64,000 nucleotides of DNA from an uncultured Syntrophothermus sp. (lineage in GTDB: Bacteria > Bacillota > Syntrophomonadia > Syntrophomonadales > Syntrophothermaceae), in assembly GCA_964405385.1 (NCBI GenBank), contig CAYONS010000002.1:5019-69018 (forward strand), read 5' to 3'. The notes under the pieces were generated by a model. The model was not told the DNA's origin, did no database searches, and saw nothing but the letters and a program-made list of their open reading frames with translations. Positions within the stretch are counted from its first letter, which is position 1. Each line of letters starts with the position of its first letter. Shown here piece after piece: positions 19,424 through 28,036 of the stretch. Both the position numbers and the translations under genes were made by a program.

Positions 19424-20647
19424 CTATTGTAACTTCGCATCGTAGTCGGCTCTAAAGTGCTTGATCGTGGTCAGGACCGGCGTTGGAGCGGCTTGCCCCA
19501 GCCCGCACAAGCAAGCTACAGACATAACTCGGCCGAGTCTTTCCATAAGAGCAACGTCAGCGGCTGTTCCCTGGCCTTTGTTGACCTTGCTCATGAGCTT
19601 GTACATCCACATGGTGCCTTCGCGGCAGGGAGCACACTTGCCGCAGGACTCGTGTTCGAAGAATTTCGCAATGCGCTCGACCACATCGACGATGTCGCGA
19701 GTCTCAGCCATGACCAGAACCGCCCCTGAGCCCAGTGTAGCCCCGATGGCAGCCATGGAATCGAAGTCAATGGGAGTGTCGAGTAACGATTCCGGTATAA
19801 ATCCTCCAGAGGTGCCTCCTATCTGCACGGCCTTGAACTTCTTGCCACCCGGAATGCCGCCTCCGAAACCGAAGATAACCTCGCGGATGGTGGTGTTCGT
19901 CGGTACTTCGACGAATTTCTTGTTCACTACGTCGCCCGTCAGAGTCAAAACCTTGGTGCCGGGATAGCTGGGAGCTCCGATGCTGGCGTACCAGTCGGCG
20001 CCCTTTTCCAGGATAATAGCGATATTGGCAAAAGTCTCAACGTTGTTAACAATGGTAGGCTTGCCCCACAGACCGCTTACCGGCGGGAACGGCGGCTTGT
20101 AGCGCGGCTCCCCGCGGTTACCTTCTATGGATTCGATGAGAGCCGTTTCTTCACCGCACACATAGGCTCCTGCTCCCATGCGCACTTCGACATCGAAATC
20201 TCCTAGCACCCCTTTGGCTTTGGCCTGGGAAATGGCGGTATTGAGAATCTCTACCACGTACGGATATTCGCCCCGGCAGTAAATATAGCCTTTATTCGCA
20301 CCGATGGCGTATCCGCAGATTGCCATTCCTTCCAATACGCTGTGGGGATCGCTCTCCATGATTATGCGGTCTTTGTAAGTTCCAGGTTCTCCTTCGTCGG
20401 CGTTGCATATGACGTACTTCTGGTCGGCCTGAGCTTGGTAGGCAAACAACCACTTCTGACCGGCATTAAACCCGGCGCCCCCGCGACCCCTCAGGCCAGA
20501 TTTCTTGACTTCCTGGATTACGTCCATTTGGCTCATGCTGCGGGCCTTTTCCAGCGACTTGTAACCCCCGGCATTGATGTAATCATCGATGTTGAGGGGG
20601 TCAATCTTGCCGTAGTTGCGCAGCACTACGCGCAGTTCCTCGGCCAT
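19424..20647 (-). CDS. hydB: NuoF-like NADH-binding flavoprotein subunit of the hydrogenase (short form, 407 aa)
   Basis: Contains GRGGAGF (FMN/NADH site) and the ESCGKCAPCREG 4Fe-4S motif. It ends right after the NuoF core, with no extra ferredoxin domains. Confidence 0.9.
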   Translation of the reverse strand: MAEELRVVLRNYGKIDPLNIDDYINAGGYKSLEKARSMSQMDVIQEVKKSGLRGRGGAGFNAGQKWLFAYQAQADQKYVICNADEGEPGTYKDRIIMESDPHSVLEGMAICGYAIGANKGYIYCRGEYPYVVEILNTAISQAKAKGVLGDFDVEVRMGAGAYVCGEETALIESIEGNRGEPRYKPPFPPVSGLWGKPTIVNNVETFANIAIILEKGADWYASIGAPSYPGTKVLTLTGDVVNKKFVEVPTNTTIREVIFGFGGGIPGGKKFKAVQIGGTSGGFIPESLLDTPIDFDSMAAIGATLGSGAVLVMAETRDIVDVVERIAKFFEHESCGKCAPCREGTMWMYKLMSKVNKGQGTAADVALMERLGRVMSVACLCGLGQAAPTPVLTTIKHFRADYDAKLQ

Positions 20648-20688
20648 CAGGAATTACCCTCCTTCCAGTTCTCTGAATTCGTAGCAAC

Positions 20689-21135
20689 TTACTTGTACTC
20701 GGCGAGGATTGCCGGGATCTTCTCGGGAGTAACATCACCATAAGGCTTCCCGTTGATGGTGATCACCGGTGTGGCTTGGCACTGACCCACGCATTCGGTG
20801 AACTCCAGAGTGAATTTGCCGTCCGGAGTAGTCTCGCCCATCTTAATACCCAGTTCGTTTTCCAGTGCCGCGACTACTTCTGCCGCTCCGGCAATGTGGC
20901 AGGGAGCACTTTCACAAATGCGGATGATGTTTTTGCCCCTGGGTTTGACGGAGAACATGGAATAGAAGGTTGCAACCCCGTAGGCGTCCTTTACCGGGAT
21001 ATTGAATACCTCAGCTGCGGCGATGATCACTTCTTCAGGAAGGTAGCTCTGTTCCTTCTGAATAGCATGGAACGCCTCGATGATACCTCCGGGCAGATCC
21101 TTGTACTTTTCCAGTATTGCTTTGTAGTCGACCAT
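20689..21135 (-). CDS. hydC: NuoE-like [2Fe-2S] thioredoxin-like subunit of the hydrogenase
   Basis: 148 aa with a CESAPCH ... CVGQC Cys pattern and an AAGGAGGTGG SD. Confidence 0.9.
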   Translation of the reverse strand: MVDYKAILEKYKDLPGGIIEAFHAIQKEQSYLPEEVIIAAAEVFNIPVKDAYGVATFYSMFSVKPRGKNIIRICESAPCHIAGAAEVVAALENELGIKMGETTPDGKFTLEFTECVGQCQATPVITINGKPYGDVTPEKIPAILAEYK

Positions 21136-21490
21136 CTGTCCACCTCCTTTCTGCTCAAGTGTACTGAAAAAACCATCTTTTTCTAAAATCCCTGGCCAGA
21201 CACATCCCTGTTAAAGTTACCGTTTGCGACATGCGCTGAGCCGGGACCGCATCCATAGGGTCTATATGCCTGACTATTCTGAGCCAGAAGTCAGCCTAGT
21301 TGTATTTCGATATTTCAAGTGAAATTCCTTCTTTTTTTGTAGGTGCAACCGTAACATTTTTCATAGACGAGCTGCGGGCCTTTCTGCCAGTCATGGGCGT
21401 GGTTAAGCGCCCATGGCAAAATAAATGGAGCGACCCGCAGAGCGGATCGCCCCGTTATGCAAAAACTGGAAGTGGGTATTGTTTGCTGCT

Positions 21491-22393
21491 TTAGGCCCCG
21501 GCGCTCTTGGAGGTACTGGTCGGGACGGCAGGAGCCGATTTTTTCAGGTAGGAAAACCAGTACAGCGTTCCCACGAAGAACCCGCCACCCACGATGTTTC
21601 CTAATGTAACCGGCACAAGATTTTTCAGGAAGAAGTTCTTCCAGGTAAATAGCTCAGCCACTTTAGCCTTAAAAGCGTCCATAGCAGCTATAGCCTCTGG
21701 GGGCAGGCTGCCGCCCGCAGCCAGTAGAGCTGCCTGCTCCGGAGTCAGGACGGTTCTTGCCGCCACATCCACTACTGCCGGTATCTTGGCCACTTCGAGA
21801 CCCATAGGGATAAAGAACATATTGGCAACGCTGTGTTCAAAACCGCTGGCAACGAAGGCCATGATGGGGAAGAAGCAAGAGAATATCTTGCCGACCACGT
21901 CCTTGCTGCCCAGGGCCAGCCATACTGCCATACATACGAGCCAGTTACAGAGAATGGCCCGGCAGAAGGCCGCGCTCCAGGTCAGGCTGAGTTTGCCTTG
22001 AGCAATAGCCAATGACTTGGCTCCTACCGCACCCTTGAACATGCCGGCCGAAACGGTGCCATCAGGCTGAATTCCATAAAATCCACCCACTATAATGTAG
22101 ACCAGGAGCAGTGAGCCCACCAGATTGGCAACCCAGACTACCACCCAGTTATACAACAATTCTCCCCAGGTGCTTTTGCCCTCCAGGGCGGAAACCATCA
22201 GGAACATGTTGTTCCCGGTGAACAGTTCCGCCCCGCCGATAACCACCAACATCAGGCCGACAGTAAATACGGCTCCGAACATGAACTGGCCGAAACCGTT
22301 GCCTAGGTATTTGGGTATATCGTGACCGACCATGGTAGCCAGATTGGCTCCAAATCCGATATACACCCCTGCCAATATACCGAGCACGAACAT
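21491..22393 (-). CDS. fdhC: formate/nitrite transporter family channel (FdhC/FocA); intact ORF starts at an internal Met, and the N-terminal 27 codons are cut off by an in-frame TAA
   Basis: 300-aa ORF of the FNT family (AELFTGN, GFEHSVANMF). The same frame upstream reads MNFLAPPEIAATACSVG-TAA-AKGKLPIAK-M, with an SD and ATG at 22472-22474. Confidence 0.85.
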   Translation of the reverse strand: MFVLGILAGVYIGFGANLATMVGHDIPKYLGNGFGQFMFGAVFTVGLMLVVIGGAELFTGNNMFLMVSALEGKSTWGELLYNWVVVWVANLVGSLLLVYIIVGGFYGIQPDGTVSAGMFKGAVGAKSLAIAQGKLSLTWSAAFCRAILCNWLVCMAVWLALGSKDVVGKIFSCFFPIMAFVASGFEHSVANMFFIPMGLEVAKIPAVVDVAARTVLTPEQAALLAAGGSLPPEAIAAMDAFKAKVAELFTWKNFFLKNLVPVTLGNIVGGGFFVGTLYWFSYLKKSAPAVPTSTSKSAGA

Positions 22394-22730
22394 TTTGGCT
22401 ATAGGTAATTTCCCTTTGGCTTACCCTACGCTGCATGCAGTAGCTGCTATTTCGGGCGGTGCTAGAAAATTCATTTGCTATTCACTCTCCCCTGCTAAGA
22501 CATAAATTTTGGCACTAGCCGTTTGAACAAGTTTCTGAGACCAAAGGCCAAGGAGATTACCCGAATCACTCCCTGTACCTTTAGGCACAAACAACTGCCT
22601 AGTTCCTTATCTTGGCATCCCCCCTTTGCCGGTTCCGTACTTCAACACCCAAGATACTACCGGGCTCGAGCCTGCATCCGTCAATGCCTTAAGGCCCATG
22701 CCCGGCGTACCCTGATTACACGATCCGGTT

Positions 22731-25439
22731 CTAGATCTTATCCAGCCTGGCCGCGCATACCTTGTATTCGGGTATCTTAGCCACCGGATCGAGCGAATCC
22801 GCGTTCGTAAGCCAGTTGACCGCCGCTTCGGCAAAGTGGAAGGTCATGAACACTACGTTTGCCTCCAAGATATCAGTTATCTTGGCTTTGACTTCCACAC
22901 TCCCTCTGCGGGTTGACAGCCTCACCTTTTCCCCGTTCTCAATGCCCAGCCTGGCGGCCAAGGCCGGGTTGATCTCCACTTCAGCCTCAGGCACATGCTG
23001 ATGAAGAGCCGAAGATCGACGGGTCATTGTTCCGGTATGATAATGGAATAGGTTGCGGCCTGTAGTCAAAATCAACGGGTATTCTTCGTCTGTAACTTCC
23101 GCGGGTTCTTTGTATTCAATTGCAGAAAAAGCGCCTTTGCCCCGAGTGAACTTCCCGTCCTTGTGCAGGAAAGGAGTCCCAGGGTGATCCTCTGATGGGC
23201 AGGGCCATTGCAGGCCTTTACCTTCCAGGCGGGCATACGTCATCCCGGCGTAGGAAGGAGTAAGGCTGCGAATCTCTTCAAATATCTCTTCTGCTGAGCT
23301 GTAGTTCATCGGATACCCCATCTTCCCAGCCAGTTCACAGATTATCTGCCAGTCTACCTTGGCTTGCCCCGGGGGCTCTACGGCCTTGCGCACCCGTTGA
23401 ACCCTTCTCTCGGTGTTGGTGAATGTTCCTTCTTTTTCGGCAAAACAGGCTCCCGGCAGCACAACGTCGGCGTATCTCGCGGTGTCGGTCAGGAAGATAT
23501 CCTGCACCACCAGGAATTCCAGTTTTTCTAAAGCCTCTTTCACATGGTGCAGGTCCGGGTCGCTCATCATGGGATTCTCGCCGATGACAACCAGAGCCTT
23601 TATCTCTCCTGCGTAGGCTTTGTTGATGGTTTCCGTCAGGGTCAAACCAGGTTTTCCTGAGAGCGAAACACTCCACGCCTTTTCAAACTTCGCCCGCGCT
23701 TCGTCGTTCGCCACCTGCTGATAGCCGGTGAACACATTGGGTAGCCCGCCCATATCACAGGCTCCCTGTACATTGTTCTGGCCTCTCAGGGGGTCGACTC
23801 CAGTGCCCGGACGACCGATGTTGCCTGTGAGCATGGCCAAGTTGCACACCGATTTGACGTTATCCGTACCAGTGCTGTGTTGTGTCAGGCCCATGGCATA
23901 ACAAATGACCGCAGCCTCGGCTTCGGCATAGATACGGGCCGCCCGACGTATATCGGCAGCCGGTACTCCGGTAATGGTTTCTACGTATTCCGGTGTATAC
24001 TTCGCCACTACCTGGGCCATAGCTTCGTATCCTTCAGTATTGGCAGCTATAAACTCTTGATCGGCCAGCCCTTCGCTGATGATGACATTCATTATCCCGT
24101 TAAGGAGGGCCACGTCGGTTCCAGGTCTGTGTTGCAGGTAGACGTCCGCTATTTCGGCTAAGTCGATACGGCGCGGGTCCGCCACTATCAACTTAGCTCC
24201 GTTCTCCAGGACGTTCTTTTTAATCTTCATTCCTATGACCGGGTGATTTTCCGTAGTGTTGGATCCTATAACAAAAATGGCCTTGGCGTCCTCCTCCAGT
24301 TCATTAATGGAGTTGGTCATTGCTCCGCTTCCGAATGCTGTCCCCAGACCGGCGACAGTAACGGAGTGTCAGAGACGCGCACAGTGGTCCACGTTGTTGG
24401 TTCCAAGGACGGCCCGCGCAAATTTCTGGGCCAGGTAGTTTTCTTCATTGGTTATCCGGGCCGAGGTGAAAACCGCTATGGACTCGGGCCCGCTTGTTTG
24501 CTTGATCTCCTGTAAACGCGAGGCTACGAGTTCCAGGGCCTCATCCCAGGACGCTTCCCGGAATTGACCGTTTTCATTAATTAGCGGAGTGGTCAAGCGC
24601 TCAGGTGAATGGATGAAATCCCACCCGAACCGGCCTTTGACACACAGGGCTCCTTTATTGACCGGGCTCCAGTTAAGAGAGCGGTTAGAGGTTACCCCTA
24701 CTACCCGGTTGTCTTTTACGTTCAGTTCCAAAGTGCATCCGGTGCCGCAGTAGGTACAGGTGGTCAGTACCTTTTCTACCTGGTAGGGCCTGCCCTTTCC
24801 TGCACTTACCTTGCTGGTCAAAGCGCCTACGGGACACACCATAATGCACTGACCGCAGAAAACGCAGGGAGAATCAGCCAGGTTGCCGTCAAAAGCGGTC
24901 GCGATCTTGGCGTTGTGCCCGCGTTCAGCCACATTAATGGCCCGAGCCATAGTTATCCCTTCACAAGCCCGGACACAGCGAGTACACATGATGCATTTGT
25001 TGTAGTCTCTTTCAATGAACGGGTTGGGGTCATCGATGGGATACTGGGGCCTTCCCCCATCCCTAAACCTGGAATCGGATACTCCGTATTCGTAGCAATA
25101 ATCCTGCAATTTGCAATCCCCGTTCTTTTCACAGGTCAAGCAGTTGCCCCCGTGACGCGCCAGCAGTAATTCCAGAATCACTCTGCGGGCCTCTACTATA
25201 TCCGGGCTGTGGGTTTCAATCACCATGCCGTTTTCGGCCGGTGCCACGCAGGCCGCCAGAAACAAGGGCCGGCCCTTGGCCTCGACTATACACATCCGGC
25301 ACGAACCGGCCAGCCTAAGATCCGGATCGTAGCAAAGAGTCGGCAGCTCGATGCCGTTTAACCGGCATGCTTCCAGAATGGTACTGCCATCAGGCGCCTG
25401 CACTTCTTTGCCGTTTATAGTCAGTGTTACCATCTTCAT
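22731..25439 (-). CDS. fdhA: formate dehydrogenase catalytic subunit, selenocysteine-containing (Mo/W-bisPGD) with NuoG-like Fe-S N-terminus
   Basis: Two same-frame ORFs (24369..25439 and 22731..24320) join if TGA 24369-24371 is read as Sec: ...[28 protein letters not shown].... This is the classic FDH Sec context. Confidence 0.9.
24338..24358 (-). other. candidate bacterial SECIS hairpin
   Basis: Begins 11 nt 3' of the UGA. CUGUC(G)CC-GGUCUG-GGGACAG forms a 7-bp stem with one bulged G and a GGUCUG loop, resembling the E. coli fdhF SECIS apex. Confidence 0.6.
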
Positions 25440-25450
25440 CCTCCTTTCTC

Positions 25451-26671
25451 TTAGGATAGGAGCTTACGCTCGTACTCATGCCTGAAGTGCTGCAAAGTAG
25501 TCACAATCGGTGTGGGAGCTGCCTGGCCCAGCCCGCAGAGAGCTGCTCGCTGCATAACCCGGGCAAGTACCGTTATGTTGTCTATATCCTGAGCCCTCGC
25601 TGCTCCCCGGTTGATCTTCTTCATGATTTCATAGCACCTGAACGTACCTTCCCGACAGGGATTGCACTTACCGCATGATTCGTGTTCAAAGAACTTGGCT
25701 ATCCTGGTGACGACGTCGACAATATCCCGCGTTTCATTCATGACGAAGACGGCGCCGGTTCCTAGGGTGGCACCAATGGCACGCATGGAATCGAAATCGA
25801 TAGGAGTGTCCAGAAGAGATTCGGGAATGAATGCACCTGAGGTTCCGCCGATCTGTACGGCCTTCAGTTTACGCCCGTTCCTGATGCCTCCGCCAAATTC
25901 GTAGATGACCTCCCTGATAGTGGTATTAGTCGGCACCTCTATCGCCACCCGGTTTACTACATCCCCGGTCAGCGTCAGCACTTTGGTGCCGGGATAACTT
26001 GGAGCACCTATAGCGGCAAACCAGTCGGCACCCTTGTTAATTATTTCCGGCACGTTGGCAAAGGTCTCCACGTTGTTTACGACCGTGGGTTTACCCCATA
26101 ACCCGGCTACTCCAGGAAAAGGCGGTTTAAATCGGGGTTCCCCCCGGTGACCTTCGATGGATTCTATGAGAGCCGTTTCCTCTCCGCACACGTAAGCTCC
26201 CCCGCCCATGCGAACCTCGATGTCGAAATCTCCCAAAACACCTTTACTTTTGGCCTGGGCGATAGCCCGGTTAAGATGCTCGACCACGTACGGGTATTCC
26301 CCGCGGCAGTAGATGTAGCCCTTACGCGAACCTATGGCATGACCACATATAGCCATGCCTTCTAGTAACGTGTGCGGGTCTTTTTGAACTATGGTCCGGT
26401 CCTTATACGTCCCTGGTTCGCCTTCATCCAGATTACAGACTACATATTTTACGTCGGCAGGAGGAACGAAGCTCCACTTCAACCCCGCATTAAATCCGGC
26501 CCCGCCGCGGCCTCTAAGGTTGGCTCTTTTCACTTCTTCTATAACCGCCTTGGGATCCATGCTCCGGGCTTTTTCCAAGGCTGCGTAGCCCCCGGCCTTA
26601 ATATAATCGTCGATGTTGCCGGCATCTATCTTGTCGGCGTTTCGCAGTACGATACGCAGTTCTTCCGCCAT
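25451..26671 (-). CDS. NuoF-like NAD(H)-binding flavoprotein subunit of the formate dehydrogenase (short form, 406 aa)
   Basis: Close paralog of hydB (MAEELRIVLRN vs MAEELRVVLRN, collinear throughout). Contains the ESCGKCNPCREG motif. Confidence 0.9.
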   Translation of the reverse strand: MAEELRIVLRNADKIDAGNIDDYIKAGGYAALEKARSMDPKAVIEEVKRANLRGRGGAGFNAGLKWSFVPPADVKYVVCNLDEGEPGTYKDRTIVQKDPHTLLEGMAICGHAIGSRKGYIYCRGEYPYVVEHLNRAIAQAKSKGVLGDFDIEVRMGGGAYVCGEETALIESIEGHRGEPRFKPPFPGVAGLWGKPTVVNNVETFANVPEIINKGADWFAAIGAPSYPGTKVLTLTGDVVNRVAIEVPTNTTIREVIYEFGGGIRNGRKLKAVQIGGTSGAFIPESLLDTPIDFDSMRAIGATLGTGAVFVMNETRDIVDVVTRIAKFFEHESCGKCNPCREGTFRCYEIMKKINRGAARAQDIDNITVLARVMQRAALCGLGQAAPTPIVTTLQHFRHEYERKLLS

Positions 26672-26699
26672 TCATGCAAACCTCCTTTCCTCAGGGATA

Positions 26700-27146
26700 T
26701 CACTTACACAAAGCCAGTATCGCAGGAACCTCTTCCGGTGTAACCCCCGGGTACGGCACACCGTTAACCGTAATAACAGGTGTTTCTTGACACTGCCCTA
26801 CACATTCTGTCAGTTCCAGGGTGAATTTCCCGTCGGGCGTGGTTTGGCCCACCTTAATCCCTAGTTCCCGCTCAAACGCCTTGATAACCGCATCGGCCCC
26901 GGCTATGTGACAGGGAGCGCTTTCGCACATGCGGATGATGTATTTCCCCCTGGGCTCTACCGACAGGTACGAGTAAAAAGTGGCGACCCCGTAAGCCTGA
27001 GCCTCGGAAACCCGGAATGCCTTGGCCACTTCCTTCACCGCCTCGCGCGGTATGTAGTTGTACTCGCGTTGCAAAGCGTGATAGGCCTCGATGATGCCGC
27101 CTGGGACATCCTGGTACCGGGCGATGATGTCTTTGTAATTGGCCAT
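26700..27146 (-). CDS. NuoE-like [2Fe-2S] subunit of the formate dehydrogenase
   Basis: The start is trimmed to ATG 27144-27146 (MANYKDIIARYQ), which follows a GGGAGGGAGGTG SD. This gives 148 aa, paralogous to hydC. Confidence 0.88.
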   Translation of the reverse strand: MANYKDIIARYQDVPGGIIEAYHALQREYNYIPREAVKEVAKAFRVSEAQAYGVATFYSYLSVEPRGKYIIRMCESAPCHIAGADAVIKAFERELGIKVGQTTPDGKFTLELTECVGQCQETPVITVNGVPYPGVTPEEVPAILALCK

Positions 27147-27711
27147 ACGATTCACCTCCCTCCCCCTTGCGACTTCAGCCAACGTTGTGGTAACATCCTT
27201 GTAAGAACCGCACCCAAACTGTAGATTGTATACACGCCGCAATCAAAACATGTTAATCTTTCGACTCTCGTCGACTTCCTCCTTCCTCAGAAATCCCGGT
27301 GTAAAGGCCCGTAAGCGTAACCACATCCCATTCTTATACATTTACATTATACATTGTATCGCCGCCACGTTGCCCCAAGCTATGACTCAGCCGGACCTCT
27401 TCCTAGTCCTGTTCTTCTGCAGTCCCTTGCTGGCCCCAGATGCGTCTCGGCCATGGCAAGACACAAAACCGCAGCTCCAGGCTGGCGCTGAATACCGGTC
27501 TGACAGATATCTCAATGTCGGTTTGCTAACAACGGCTGCGATTTTGCATACACGATAACCATGGACTCCATGCTGCACATATGTTAAAATGTACACAAAG
27601 TTAAAATTCATGAACCCTGACGACGAGGATGCATCTGAGTCCAAGGGGCTTCGCCGACACAGATCCTGCTAACGAGGAGTTGTCTCTTAGTTAAAGGGGA
27701 GGTGGTTGATA

Positions 27712-27750
27712 GTGTGCGTTTTTAAGCCTGCTTGGAACGATTCCGGGTAG
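27712..27750 (+). other. candidate 12-codon leader ORF (VCVFKPAWNDSG) overlapping a terminator-like hairpin
   Basis: GTG start 9 nt after a strong GGGGAGGTGG SD. The stop TAG lies inside the 3' arm of hairpin 27724-27754. Confidence 0.3.
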
Positions 27751-27757
27751 GCTTTTT
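27724..27757 (+). terminator. terminator/attenuator-like hairpin in the leader of the TM1266-hydE-hydG genes
   Basis: AAGCCTGC ... GTAGGCTT forms 8 bp including one G-U pair. An inner GGAA/TTCC helix is present, and TTTTT AATTT follows. It lies 20 nt upstream of the 27777 start. Confidence 0.4.
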
Positions 27758-27776
27758 AATTTAGCAAAAAAGCAGG

Positions 27777-28034
27777 GTGAAGACGTTGGACAGCAAGAGG
27801 CTCGGAGTGGTAAGCATCATAGTCGAGAACCGGGAATCGGTCCCGGTCATGAACCGTATCTTAAGCGACTACGCGGATATCATCGTAGGCAGGATGGGGC
27901 TGCCCTACCGGGAACGAGAGGTATCGGTCATCGCCCTCATCGTGGACGGGTCAACCGACGAGATCGGGGCTATGACCGGGAAACTCGGGAAATTGAGAGG
28001 GGTCAAGGTCAAAAGCGCCCTGGCCAGCAAATAG
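27777..28034 (+). CDS. TM1266-family iron-only hydrogenase system regulator (ACT-like small protein)
   Basis: 85 aa. LGVVSIIVENRESVPVMNRILSDYADIIVGRMGLPYRE matches my recollection of this family. It is adjacent to hydE and hydG. The start (GTG 27777 or TTG 27786) is uncertain. Confidence 0.75.
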   Translation: MKTLDSKRLGVVSIIVENRESVPVMNRILSDYADIIVGRMGLPYREREVSVIALIVDGSTDEIGAMTGKLGKLRGVKVKSALASK

Positions 28035-28036
28035 TG

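Noticed and set aside
21312-21325. 14-bp perfect palindrome ATTTCAAGTGAAAT about 180 nt upstream of hydC, considered as a Rex (NADH/NAD+ sensor) operator.
   Set aside because: The Rex consensus is TTGTGAA-N4-TTCACAA, with half-sites in the opposite arrangement. Here the halves read TTTCA-N2-TGAAA with 2-nt spacing. It may be some other operator, but I cannot support a specific call.
27226-27644. ORFs of 110 aa (+) and 85 aa (-) in the 630-bp fdh / hyd-maturase divergent intergenic region.
   Set aside because: They lack an SD, have odd composition (Ser/Phe/Leu runs), show no family resemblance and overlap each other. The region more likely holds the two divergent promoters and leaders. A Moco-type riboswitch upstream of the FDH genes was considered, but I could not recognise the motif confidently.
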